Source of the DNA: Lama glama
Taxonomy: Eukaryota
Reading direction: 5' to 3'
Length of the DNA stretch: 64,000 bases
Assembly (NCBI GenBank): GCA_028534125.1
Contig: CM052817.1
Location: 68,388,001 to 68,452,000 of the forward strand
A program made the translations under genes and the position numbers. Every line of letters starts with the position of its first letter. Position 1 is the stretch's first letter. The notes under the pieces were generated by a model that was given only the letters and a program-made list of their open reading frames with translations, ran no database searches and was not told the DNA's origin. Below, one piece after another: positions 13,180-26,800 of the stretch.

Positions 13180-14800
13180 CGGTGAAAGCTACGGCTCGCC
13201 CCTGCGGTCGCCACCTGTTCGAGAGGAACCCGCGGAGCGCGCACCTCCGCCCGGGGCCCCTTTCCTCCCTGGCTCGCACTTTCCTGCCGAGCGCCCTGCT
13301 TTCCCTCGCCGAGGCCGGGCTTGCAACTTTCCTCCCAGCCTGGCACTCGCCCCGCTTGGCTGGTCCCCAAAGACGCTGCCTTCCCGCAGCGCCCCCGCCC
13401 CCGAGCTTCCCATCGAGCGGCTGAGCGCCCTCACGCCTCACCCGGGGCCGGGAGAGCGGCGAGTCGAGCGCACGCGCGACCCCCGCCCCTCCCCGCAGGC
13501 GGCGCAGCTCCCCCTGCAGCGCCTCCCCTCGCGGGCAGGGAGGCGGAGGGGGCTCCGGACGCCGCGCGGCAGACCTGCTCCGGCTGCGCGCCGCGCCGCT
13601 CTCCTCCGAAAGTGGCAGCAGTAGCCGCGGCGGCCGCAGGGGTTCCCGGCTCCCGCAGCTCCTCGAGGGAGGCAGGAGGCGAGCGCGCCTCTCCTGAGCC
13701 CCCAGGGCCCCTAACCTGTTCCCCGCGTGCAGCTGCGCCGCCGCCCAGGGCTCGCTGCCCAACATGGATTTCCTCCTGGCGCTGGTGCTTGGGTCTTCGC
13801 TCTACCTGCAGGCGGCTGCGGAGTTCGACGGGAGGTGAGTTGTTCCCCGGGGAGCCCTCTCCTCCTCCTTCGCTCGCGAATTTCACACCGTCCTGGGGTC
13901 CCTTCTCTCTGCTTTCGTCCAGAAGTTGGGCCACCGCACCGTCTCGGCGGGAGGAGAGCCGTCGAACTACCCTCTCTACCAGTGGCTGCCCGAGGCCTAG
14001 AGGGCGCGCCCCCTGCGCGTACGGGGACCCGGCCGTCGCTTTCCCGGGGCGTCTGCGCTGCGAGGCGAGCCGCCCATTCCCGGCTCGGGGAGAAAGGGGG
14101 CTCGAGCCTGGCGTCTGGGCTCTGACGGTGCGGGTTAGTCTCCCAAGAGGAGGTGACGCGCGGGACATCCCGTGGTCGGGGAATTCTCACTCTTGATCTA
14201 GACAGTTCTGCAGTGGGGAAACTTACAGCGGTCGAGGCCAAATCTCGGTGGGAGCTGTCAGGGCGGCTCACACAAAGGGTGGGGAGAGGGAGCGACAGGG
14301 CTTCCAGGGGGGACATGTTTGCCTCCCCACTTGGTTTCCTTGCGGGAAGGGACTCAAAATAAGGGCTGAAAGAGGGGAACGCTGTTTGTGTGTGTGTGTA
14401 TATGTGTACGAGCGCACACCCAGCTCCCGAGACCTCGGGCGAGCCTGGCTGCAGCGTGCTCTGACAGGTTCCAACAACCCCAGCTCCGCTCCGCTGTCAC
14501 TCTGCAGGTCCTCGCGCCGCGGCGCGCGGAGCCCTCTCTCTTGCCTGCCAGATCCGCTCGGGCGACTGTGTGTGTGTGTGTGTCTGTGTCCGGAGGACGT
14601 GCTCGGTTATCACCCCCCACCACCCCTCCACCGCTCAGTTACTGTAGGCCAGACTCGCCCCGAGCGCGGGTCGCTGCTGCTTGTGGGGAAACCAGGCAGG
14701 AACAGCCAGGAAATTTTAACCTGGGTCACAGCACCATCCAGCCTCCCTCACGCCACGACCCCCCACCCCCCCCTCCCCCGAGCAGCCGAAAGACTGCCGG
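13180..14800. promoter_or_regulatory. CpG island / NPNT promoter, 5' UTR and start of intron 1
   Basis: Very high GC and CpG density against an AT-rich background; GC boxes CCCCGCCCC near 13393 and 13481; no obvious TATA box; surrounds the start codon. Boundaries approximate. Confidence 0.92.
13764..13834 (+). CDS. NPNT: NPNT coding exon 1 (signal peptide [24 protein letters not shown])
   Basis: ATG in strong Kozak context CCCAACATGG; in-frame upstream TGA at 13695; donor GAG|GTGAGT; 71 nt, phase 2. Confidence 0.96.
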
Positions 14801-17800
14801 CACCTGTTTTACCTGCAATCTTGGAACCAATCAGTTCCACGATTGATTGGCTTTCCTGTACCTGGAAGGAAAGGAGGAGAGCCAGTGAAGCGCAGAAGAC
14901 AAAAAGCACAGCAGTTTGTTTATCACCTGGACCGAGGAAATAGAAAGTTCGGGGTTATTTTGTCCTTTGGGTTTGGGGGCATGAGGCGGAGCTGAAGGAA
15001 AGGGGAATTGAAAAGATTAGGAGAGTTTAAGAAAACGTGGGTAGCGGTTGTTTTATTTTATTAAAGCAATTATTTGCCCACCTTCGAGTATGTTGTGCGT
15101 TTTTTTTTTCACACGTTTGCAATAAGAAATACATCACATGATTATACATAAGATCTTCATGTAGCTTTTAAAAGGTGTCTAAAACAGGTAATTAAAATAT
15201 TGATCCTCTGGTTGGGGGGGAGGATCAATATCATTTATTGATGTGTGAATCTAAACAAGGAACCAGTTTACCAAATAAGGTGTCAAAGTGGAATCTGGTG
15301 GCAAATGGTACCCTGGAATTGAATGCTTGCTTTAGCCCTTATTTACATTAGAGAGGTCGATAGCACGCATTGTTGGTGCAAGAAAGTTTCAAACCACAAG
15401 GACACTTGAGATGTTAGCTACACTTTAAACTCACCTTGGTTTTATTTAGACTTCTTTCTCAAGTACATTTTTTTTCAGGGAACTGTTTTGGCTGAAAAGT
15501 GATGTCTCGAAAAGAGTGCTGTTTCATTTGATTTTGAGAAACTTCCCCCTCTTTCTGCCCCGTCCCACCTGTACCCATCATATAAGGCAGAGAAATTTTC
15601 TCTTTCTGCTTTGACACGTCTTATATTATTTAGTACTTTTCCGTTTAAGATGAATCAGTCAAAACTGGCTTCCCCCCCCCCCCAGTAACAGGTGTGGTTC
15701 TTTGAGGAATCTGTTTTATTTTAAGCTTCAGAAACCATCCTGTGAGTGGCAGCCTTGAGAATTCCTGGTTTTATCTGGTGCTATTTCCATGTAAGAAAGG
15801 ATTTTCCCCTCTCTTCCCCCCACCCTTGTGCTTTTGCATGTGTTAACTGTCTGATGTTTGAAATTAGATCATAGCAGAACTATTTCCCTGAAGGTATTTT
15901 ATCCTTTAATTTCTGCAGGCATGAAGGAGTTCATAGAAAATTGTTAGGTGTGATTTAATTTTTTCTAAAGTAATAACCAAGAGGAAATTAATTTAAAAAG
16001 TGCCTCTATTTATTTTGAATCTTTTTGTTTGGCAGGTGGCCCAGGCAAATAGTGTCATCAATTGGCCTGTGTCGTTATGGTGGGAGGATTGACTGCTGCT
16101 GGGGCTGGGCCCGCCGGTCCTGGGGACAGTGTCAGCGTGAGTATCATCCCTGGGACTTCACCTTCCTCGGAGGATAGGCTTTCCACCATCAATCATGGCT
16201 TCAGTCTGCACATCAGAGGGCTCATTACTGAGCAAGGCTTGGTGGCGTGGTTCTAACGTGGAAGTTTTCAGTCCCTGACTCCTTATTCTGCCCCTTTCTA
16301 GCCTGAGCCACCTCAGTAAGATGCCAGTTTTGTTATTCAGAGAGCCACGTAGGATGCTCATTTTGGCATTTGTCAGGAACATCTCCAGCTCCTGTTTTCC
16401 CATCAGGCAGACTCTTTTTTTTTTCCCTCTGGGCTCTGAGATGGGGGTAAGAAAACGAGTCTAGACTGTATTTACACTAAATAAACTCTGAACTTTATTG
16501 GCACTTATAAAATCCTAACCGTAGCTGTTGTATAAAGTCACCTGTTTGTAAATTTTTTTTTCTTTTTTTTTGAAGTGAGATTGTATTGACTGGGTTCTAA
16601 GTGGGCCACCTACTATAATCAAACAACACCTCTGAAAAGCATCATTTTTAAGTTCTAGAGAACTTAACATCATGTAATAAGGACCAAATCAGAACACTGA
16701 TTCTCACCTTTTCTGTGATCACAAATGGATATTTTAATGGTAGAAATCACAGCCACATCACAGAAGTTTGAGAATTTTGTTGAGTTTGAGAATTTTGTTC
16801 CCAGCGTTTTATCTAGATTTTAAAATTTTATCCCACTCTCCCTAACAACAACAAAAACAATCCACTAACGATCAAGTAAGTGTCTGGGGTATCTTGAGAG
16901 TGCTAGATTGGTGTGTCTGGTGAGATGGTGAGAGCTGAGTTGGTTCCATATATCCCACCCAGTATTTTACTGCTAATGAGAAAGGGGCTTAGAGAAATAG
17001 GGAAGGACAGCTGAGAAGGCTGGAGCTGGAGAGGGTGGAGCCTACCTTAGAGAAGTGTTGGCGGGGTGAGGAATCAGGTAGATTTCAGTTTGGAAAGCTA
17101 AGTGTTCCTACAGCTGCTTTAATCTTTGAGAACCACATGTAATGTCTGTCCTGTACTTGTGAAGGAGGGAGAGTGACTGTCACAGGTTGATGTCTCTAGT
17201 TAGGGATGGAAAGGTAAAGGAGGTTAATGTTTGTCTGCCTGCTCCCTGCAAGGTGCTGGGCCAGACTTTTTGTACAGCTGGGTCATTGCTTCTTTGTATA
17301 AAGGAAGATGGTAGTAATTCTAGTTTTCAGTAAACAAGAGCACTTAGGTAAAACTTCTGTGACCCTACTGGTTAGTCTCGTACACATTGTCTTTAAAGGA
17401 AGATGGGCCAAAAGAAGAATGGTATCTGGTGGAATATAGTCTATCGGCTCTGCCAGGTATCCAAAGTGCACGGCTGGAGGCCACAGGTGTGGAATTTTAA
17501 GAGCAATCAGGTGTTAATAAGCTAAGGGTGAAGAGAGAATTCTTCTCTCGACCCAACACATAAAGCTCTCCCAAATAAAAAGTAAGTAGTTTCCTCCTCC
17601 TTCATGGCCTTAATTGGCAGGACACCCCCACAGCGAAAGCTGAAGTGCACTGGGGTGTGCAGAGCCCCCCAGCCCCACCCAGGAAAGGCTGCCCTGGCAG
17701 AGAGCCCCGGAGTGCACCTTCCCTGAAGGCAGAGTGCCAGGGCGATGGGCAGAAGCAAGCGTAGGAGTGTATTTGCACTCTGCCGGATGTGCTGCAAGAA

Positions 17801-20800
17801 TTCTGGGGAGAAAACTGTCTCTGAGAGGTTCATCGACTGTGGAATTCCCCAGAAAGAACCTTTAGGAGCTGTTCCATGTCTCTTGACCTTCTAATTCAAT
17901 TTTCCCTAATATAAACATCAGCTTGGCAGTTCAGAATTTGAATGAGTGTAAAGACCTTTGAAAGGTCCAGTGGCATTATGAAATTTAAACATCTCAGGGA
18001 TTTCCTAACATTTCACTTTCTGCCCAGCTTTCCCAGCAGATACAGGACACTATTTTATTATTTTCTATACTTTCATTCTGTTTCCCAAAGACTACAAACA
18101 TAGTGTTTGATAGCATTTATGTTTTCCTTCTTATTTTTTTTAAATTACAGTCAATTTACAATGTTGTTTATTTCTGGTGTACAGCATGACTCAGTTTTAC
18201 ATATATATACATATTTCTTTTCATATTCTTTTTCATTATAGGCCATTACAGAGTGTTGAATATGATTCCCTGGGTTGTACAGTAGGACCTTGTTGTTTAT
18301 CTATTTTTATATATGGTATCTTTTCCTTCTTGTTATTGAATCTGAAGAAGCTGCAACATGGCATGAGTTAATTAGTGAAAGGGTAATAAATGTGTAAGGT
18401 GATGAGCCCAAATCACAGTCTACCTTAACTTAGATTTGGTGAAAGTTTGAGGGGCAGCATAATGGAGGGAACGTGAACTCTGGAGCTAGACTGCCTGGGT
18501 TTAAATTAGTTCCACGTCTTTTTAGCTGTGTGACCTTGAGCGGGTCATTCAGACCCTCTGTGCTTTCTTTTCCTCATCTCTAAAACGGATCTAAAATAGA
18601 ACTATACCTCAAAGGACCATAACAAAGTCTAAATAAGTTGTTATTTGTAAAGCACTTAAAACCACTCCTGGCATAGAGTAAATACTAAATGTATGTTTGG
18701 TGAAATGAAAGAAATGTAAAGGAATACTGCTTTTGAAACAGAGTTGTGGCATGGGACGTACCCGTGCTATCCGATTCTTTGTTCTTTAGGCATGATATAT
18801 ATATTTTTGCATTTATACTGCCAAAATTAAAAAAATGGTTCCAAGGTTTTCTGTGTTGCAATAAAATGCCTTTAAACTAAAAAGGGCCAGATGGATCCCT
18901 ACCATTAATATTGTAGATGGCGGAGTTGTAAAAATGAGTTCAAAGATGGATGTTTCCTTGCCTGTGTTTTATTTTTCCAGAATCTCAGATGGTCCAAATG
19001 TCTCTCGCCAGTTCAGAGATCCCTTCTGTTTTCATTTTGCTTAAAGAGGTAGAGGAAGGTGGGGGCCGGAGGTCAGCTCAAAGTGAGAAGGAAGAACAGG
19101 ACCGAAAAGAGGCTTGTTGGGGACAAATGGAAAACTCCTGATTAGTTTCTAAAGAAAGCATCTGTGAAATTAAAGCCTTTGTCACTACATTTATTCCAGG
19201 AAAATGCCTTGCTGTTCTTTAACAATTACATCTGGTAATGGGTTACCTATAAACATTCCAAACAGCTTCTGAGAAATTTAATGTGAAAAATGTTTTGGCC
19301 TTTCTGACCCTCGGATAATCTCAGAGTTCTTTGCCACAAGGAGCACTCTCCCTCCCTTATCAAAGGTGCCCTGGTTCTCATTTTTGAATGATTCACTTTG
19401 GAATTTTCCTTCAAATCAGCATAGCAAAGCCAAAGGAAACTGTCCCCACCTACACACAGAACCTTCCAATTTGCCCTTGAGAAGATGTGCAAGCTGGGGC
19501 GGCCGTACCCTCTGGTATTGCTTGTTAGAGCTCACACCCCAGTGCAGTGACCCTTTGGTGAGTGTTTATTCCATTTGGTTGAGCATATGCGGGCCGTTTT
19601 GACTCAGCATTCATGTGAGTCGGGTATATATGCGTTTACACGAAGCATGGTGCGTTTCACTTTCACTTGCTGCCCCCCACCGCCCCATTTCATGGACTTG
19701 TCGTCAGAGAGGACGACGAACATGGCAAGGGGCTTGCATGGCTCAGCCACGAGGCCACATTCAGCCAGACTTCCCGTCCTTCCCTCTGGGGCTGAGGAAG
19801 GAAGGATCAGAGACGTTACCCACACAAGCAAAGGAGCTTACCTCCTGCTTCCTTCCCCTGCGACCCAGATCCCCTCCCACCTGTGGAGGGCATGACCTGT
19901 TCCAGAAATAGGCAGGTTATGTTTTCTTTGTTCTCCTATAGGTCGTAACCCCACCTTCTTTCTATCTTTTGATTCTTTGTTTTGTATTCTTGACTCATAA
20001 ACAGATCTCTACATGTTGAGAATTCAAAATTAATTGTCTTGGGCTTTACCTTTATTGACTGTTGATGTGGCTCTTGATTTTGTAAAGGGGAAATATTCCT
20101 GATATGCTCCTAACACACTGATGGTTACATATTTGTATCGCATGGCACCTTAATCACTCAGATTGTCACAAAATACTCATTTCTTGCTCTGTGATTATTC
20201 TGTACCTTAACTTTTCCATCATATTAACTTCACGTATTTAACAATTTCTCTACTACAAAGTGGCGATGTCTGTAACAATGATTTCTCAGGGTTTGTTTAT
20301 CTGATTTTAAAAAGCCGTGTATGCTGTGGAAACAGTTCTTAACTAAAAGCACTAGACAGTTTGGGACAGCTGAGTCGAGCCCTGACTTTTGTACCTGATT
20401 CACTGTTAACATTGTGCTCAGCTGCAGTTTTCCGGTTGTACAAGTGGGTTTAAGGTGTGAAGGGTATTGCAGCTCTAAACTCCATTTGAGAACTTCCTTA
20501 GTATTGAGAAGACTGTACAGGATCTCAATGCTGCACTTCTGTGTGGCCATCCTGTCTACTTGGAGACTTGGCTATATATGTGGCTCTGATGGTTGTGTTT
20601 CTAGTTAAAGCACTTTGTAGAGATGCGAAGAAAAACTTGAAATACAGCTAGTTCTAGGTCTCAACACAGCTATTCAGTTTTTGAGTTCTTTGGCTGTCAT
20701 TTCGCAATTTGTGGCTTCTGAAGGAAATTATGTGAATGAGAGTGGTTTTGTGTCCTTTTTTCCTTAAGACCAGGCAAAATGCAGATATTTTATTTTGTTT

Positions 20801-23800
20801 CTTTGGAGATTTTGGGAAGATGTAGAACCCACACCTAAAGTTTTACTTTGCTCTATTTGTTCTAAACCTCATCTCCTCCTGCCTCCTCTCTACAACTGTT
20901 CAGTTGCCATGTCAAGTGAAAATTTTGGACTCTTATCAGCATTAGATAAGCTTACTGGTTAGTGCAACTTAAGGACCGAGAAACTGATTCATTCTGAAAC
21001 TGTTTTGGAGTTGTCAAATCAGATAACTTCCCTTGGATAATGTAAATTACTGGCTAATGATCATGGACCACTAGAAAGAATGATGAGCAAATTGTTGAAT
21101 TCTTTCTATATTTCAAAAGAAAAGGTTATTACTTTCAGCAGAGAATTTTGATTTAGTTAATGAAACACTTAAATTTCATATGTCCTTCCTTATTTGTATC
21201 TGACTTCAGAAATCAGCCTTGTAAAAGGAACATGATTTATTAATTTTTGCTCCCTATATTGGTTGTTGATTTCCTGTCCTTGGTCACAAAATTATATAGA
21301 TTACACCCTCCTTTGATTATTTAGATTTTGAACACTTTATTTAAAATAGTCTAAAGTAAATAAGAAATATTGGAAGCAGCTTGGAAGGTCACACAAATTG
21401 TTCCTTCACAAAAATGTTATTCCTAGTAAATGCCTTCCCATTAGTATTCAACAACGATGGCAGCCTTCACTGATCATGAATCAGCATTTTATAAATAAAG
21501 CAACTTTTTATACCCATACAGTCACACCCACTCTGGGTATCAGCGGGAGTCTCAAGGCAGGTTGTGCCATGCAGAGCTGGGTTGAAGATGCCAGCGGGTC
21601 CTGGGCCAGTTTAATTATGCTGAGCACGCCTCACCATCTTAATGCTTGTTAGCTCCCTCCTCTCATTTTGGGGTGAGAGTGCAAAATCGTGTGGGTTTTT
21701 GTTTTTTTTTTTTTTTTTTTTTGAGGTAGGAATAAATGCAAGGCAGTGGGCAATCTTAGAACTCCTTCCAATGCTCAGTCTGAATCTCCAGATCCTTAGG
21801 AAGTAAAGTTTTCAATTAAGATTATCCAACCACCACTTTCCATGCAAAGGTTATTTAAGAACAGCATGCACTCTGGGTAACTTCAAGTGGTCTTGGAATG
21901 CAGATTCCAAACTAAAATCAGTGTTGAAGAAGTCTGACCTTTTCCCACAGGTAGTTTTGGAGTATGTGTCGTCTTGAAAGTTAAGTTTCACAGAAATTAC
22001 CTTGTTCCTTCATTTTCTGCCCGCACATTAGAACTGATCTTTATATAATACTATTGAGATCTATTAATTTCCTAAGATCCCCTCATAAATTAATTTGGGC
22101 AGATCTTAACCTTAATGGACTAGAGATTTTAGCACTTTCTCAGGCGGGGAGGTCAAACCAAGTAAAGGAAAGCACTTTCCTGGCTGCAAATTCAGCTGTT
22201 AGATCTGCTCTCAAATACAAGGAGATGCTGCCTGAAAGTGCCCATGCGTGTGCACCTGGTTCCTGGTACTGAGGGGCCACTTCTGGCCCGGAAACAATGC
22301 TTTTTGCTGCTTGGAAACTTTTTGATGCTTCCCCACCTCCTCTCCTATAGCATTTGTAATGGTTTTCATCAGTAGAATTCACGTTATATGCATTTCCAGT
22401 CAGTTGAATCCACTGCATGCTTTTAAAGCGACAATCCAGTGATGTTGAGTGATTCCCTGCAGTTTCCTTCAGAGAGAAATGGAAGACATCCATCACAGGG
22501 GCTGGGCCTTCATCGCAGGAGGTGGGAGGGACGGAGAGAAGGGTTCTGATCATCTTCATCGTCCCCCCTCCCCCACCACCATAGCAGATGCTTCTGCCCC
22601 TTTTCCACCAATTTTGTGCAGGCTTTAAAATTTTCCTATCAGTCTTTTTAAAATACTTATTTATTTTTATAAGAGAAAACGCATTCATTTTCTCAAATAC
22701 CCCTCCTCAAAGCATTAAATACTACCAGCTTTTGGTATACCTTTTAGAAATATTTTACTTACTTATGGGCAAATTCCTATATATCTTCACTTTTACCCCT
22801 TTTATGCAAATAAAAGCATACTATGTATGCCATTCTTTACCTTGCTTCTTTTTCTTAAAAATGCACCTTGAAAGGCTTTCTTTATCATCAGCACATGAAG
22901 AGCCTGGTAACTTATTTATGGATGTGTAGTATTACACTGTACCATAATATATTAACCAGTTTCTTATTGATGGACATTTATGTTGATTCTAATCTTTTGC
23001 TAATACACACAGTTTTAAAGTAAGCAACCTTGAACATACATTGAAAAAATACTGTTTTGCATGCGTTATAGTATTTCTGCAAGATAACTTTTCATATGTG
23101 GCCCACTGACATATGCAGTTGTAATTTTGACCAGTTGGCCATTGGTTTCTTACTTGGTAGTAAAAATGTGTAACATATTCTTCATATAAGTAGACTGGTG
23201 CTTGGAACTACTCCAAGCAAAATTGTGGCTGGTAGTAAGTAGGTAAAGGGAAGACTGGATTACAGTGCTGACTTAAGTCTCTTGCAGTCCTGTATTCAGA
23301 ATCTGATCTGTTGCTTGATGCTAGGATGTTCTGATCCCTACTCTTTGCCCAAAAAATCCTCTGACAAGTCAGTGAAAGTCCCTCTGCCCCCATTTTTCAT
23401 CTGTTTATTCTTAGACTATAGGCACCTGATTGGGAGGACGGGGTGAGGCTTGTCCATTAGCCAGGACCTTCACCTGGCTTCCCGCCTATCAGTTGTCTAC
23501 TTTTTCTGGATGTGAGGTCATTTTTACTTGTAAGAAAGAGTCACACATTCTTTCAGGACTTGCTTAATTCATTGACCTTTCATTATCTTTATGGTTCAAC
23601 ACATAATTTTTACAGCTTGTATATAGTGTTTGCTTTTTCACTATACCCAGTAACCTATTAGGGAGGACTGTATAGAGTTTTGATATCAGAATAGTTTTTT
23701 GGGACATCTGTTATGTTATGTTATATGATATGTTATATCTGTTATAAATGTTTTCATGAAATGTTTAACTATTGTACCAAAGTACTTTTTAAAAGTGACT

Positions 23801-26800
23801 TTTAAACTGTAGGTGCATATCATTTCCATTAGTTATCCTAATCCTTATTCCAATTATATCTTTAATCATCTTATTATTTAAAAAAATGAGAAATGCATAC
23901 ATAAGTTAAAAATTAAAAGACCCGGACTGGGAGAGAGAGAGAGGCAGTGAAGGTAGATCTTTCTAACTTCCCTGTTTTCCTGACACCTAGGTCCAACCCC
24001 CAGCAGGCAACCACTATTGATCTTTGCAGAGATTTCTACGCATTACCCAAATTTTCCTTGTTCATAAAATGATGACATGGAGTAGGAACTAGTCTGAACC
24101 TTCTTTTTTCATATACTACTACATTTCAGAAGCCAGTCCTTATCAGTTCATGTAAACCTGACTCATTCTTTTCAGTATAAATCATATTTCTTTTGAATGT
24201 ACCATAGTTAATTTGAAATTATGCACATTTAAGTAGTTTCCAATATCTTGTTTTTACAAAATATGCTGCAGTGAATATCTTTACATATTCACCATCACTA
24301 CTACATACTTAAAGATGTTGGAGAGTTACAAAGTCATACTATTTTTATGTAAGTACAATTATTGAAATGATCTCATTTGATGTTTATAAATTTTCTTATC
24401 TAAAATATATAACTTAAAGAAGATTAAATTATGGGTGATATGACAGAGCAGAAACCTTCCATTCAGTTACTTTCTATTTTTTATTCCTTAGAAGATACCT
24501 TAAAAGATGAATAGAATGGATTTATTTCTGTATTTTTATGTCCTCCCTTGTTTGGGAAAGAACATGAAGTGGCTTCCAGGAATGAATGCAATAACATAGA
24601 AAAATATAATTAACACAGGCAAGAGGAAGAAAAAAGGATAGAATAAAAAGTAAGATGTTAGGAGGAGAGTTAATAAATGCAGATATATAAGCCATGGAAT
24701 TTAAATTATATTTCATAATTTGGCTCTTAGTTTCTGCTAGCCAAAGAAAAAAGGGAAGTTTTATTGCTCATATAATTCATGTTGTTTGCTAGAGAAAAAG
24801 CAAACCAGTGATTTAGGGGAAATTATGGCTTTTCCCACACAGTTCTGAAAGAAGACTTTCATGTGGTCCCTCACAGGGTGGGGGTGAATGATGGTGTGGA
24901 TGTGGTTACCACAACTTGTTTATCCTAAAGCCAGGGGTGGTTCTGTAAAGCTGTTCCGTGGAAGATCTCCAACCTAAGATGAAGCCCTTACTCTGAAAGT
25001 GCAGTTCATGGGCCGCTGTTCTGGATGCAGCTTAAGAAGCATGGTGCATGCTTAGCTTTCTGACGGCTCAGCTTCATTCAGCCCAGAGTGTCCGGCAGTG
25101 ACAGGTGAATGGTATAGGGCTTTGGATGGACGATTCCAGATTGGACAAGACAGTTTCAGGTTGGGATCTCTGACAACATCAGGTTTGCTGTATTATTAAT
25201 TAAAAGCTAGTCCATATATTTTTTCCTTTTTTTTTAACCTATGTATTTTAAAGATCAGTTTGTGGTTGATAGAGTTTGTTGGTATCCAGAGGCATTGGGA
25301 ATGGAGTGCAGATAAGTGTCTTTTAGGATCATTCCTGGCATAAAGAGGTTCTGCAAAGAAATCAGTGGGAGAACTTTTTATATCAATTTTGTATGAGTAT
25401 AATTTTTGTATTCGTTGGATATAAATATATAAAGCCATCACCATTTTGTATGTACTTACTCATTTCCAGGCAAATTGTGGCTTGGAGTAAGAAGTGAAGC
25501 ACAAACATTGCTTCCAGGCATCATTTTTCCTACTTATGCTGTTTTATGAAGTAGGAGCCAGTGAACCCAGAAACAACAAAATCTTTGACCAGTGTGTGTT
25601 TCCCCAAAGCTCCTGAGTGTTACAGGTGTGCAGAGGAGCCAAAATGACCCTGAGTTTTTACCTTAGTTCACCTGGATCTTGTGGAGAGCTGCCTTAAATA
25701 AGCCACTTAGGCCTGAATAGACTCAAAGTAGAGTCTCATGTCACCATCCAGACACAAACTGAACTTCTTTTCACTGGGGTATGAGGAAGGTTAATTCTCA
25801 TGCACTCCAGAAGCTCCAGGGTCAGTGCAGCTGGGAACCCTGGTACACATACGCCCTGGGAGAATCTCTCTCTCAAAAAAAAAAAAAAAAAAAGATGACT
25901 CAACATATGTCTTGAGAGGGCCCCATCCCAGTAGGTGCCCCTTATCCTTTGATGGAGGATACATTTGGGGGGGAATTATGGCTTTAAATGCCTTTCCTCA
26001 GAGATCAGCACCAACCAAAAATCTAACCTGTCCAAGAATTGTCACCCTCTATCAACCTGGATGGGTGCTGAGGAATTTAAATTGCTAGGGTCAAGATCTT
26101 TCACTTCTTCATGGGAATCAATAAATGATAAATTGTCACAGGTAATAGAATGCAGCCAAGATAATTTGGCTTGAAAAAACTTCAAAGTGGTACTATCACT
26201 GACCATAGAAAAATACTGTAGCATAGGCCTCATGTGAGTGACAGTGGGTCCCTGGGAATCCACCAGAGCAAACTGGCTGCAAAACATATACCTAGTTACT
26301 AAAAAATTGGTCTGTTACAAGGTATAGAGTTCAGTTAAGTAATATAAAATATAAAGAAATTTATATTGGACATTTTAAGTTATGTTTAGTGCATAAATTA
26401 TATTTAGTGCATTTTAATGCACTAAAGCTTCACTTAAAATTTTCGAGTTTCATCACTTAATTACTACCAGAGCATAATTGAGATAACTAGGGTCATAATA
26501 TAATTACTAATAAAATTCGTGATAAAGCCAGGATAAAGGAGTACATTACAGCCCACATGTGATAAAGTAGTATTATGTATAGTAAAATAGTGACAGATAT
26601 CTATGTGTTCATTCTATAGTCTTTTGTAAATACTCTCAAGACTTTTAGTTTTAACTTAGCCTGATGAAACACTGTTAAGTCAACCTGTTATTCTTAACTC
26701 CGATAGGAGGAAGAGATATGAATAATCAAATTGGTTTCTTAGCTTTAGAAGATAGTACTTGATTTTGGAGAAGAAACAGTTTTCTTCCTAATTCTATTTA

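Noticed and set aside
13425..13763. Possible long N-terminal extension of NPNT from upstream non-AUG starts
   Set aside because: In-frame TGA at 13695; the ATG has a strong Kozak context and begins a normal signal peptide.
12981..14943. Many long overlapping ORFs on both strands (up to 291 aa) at the promoter
   Set aside because: Expected from stop-codon scarcity in a CpG island; low-complexity Pro/Arg/Gly/Ala products; the real coding part is only 13764..13834.
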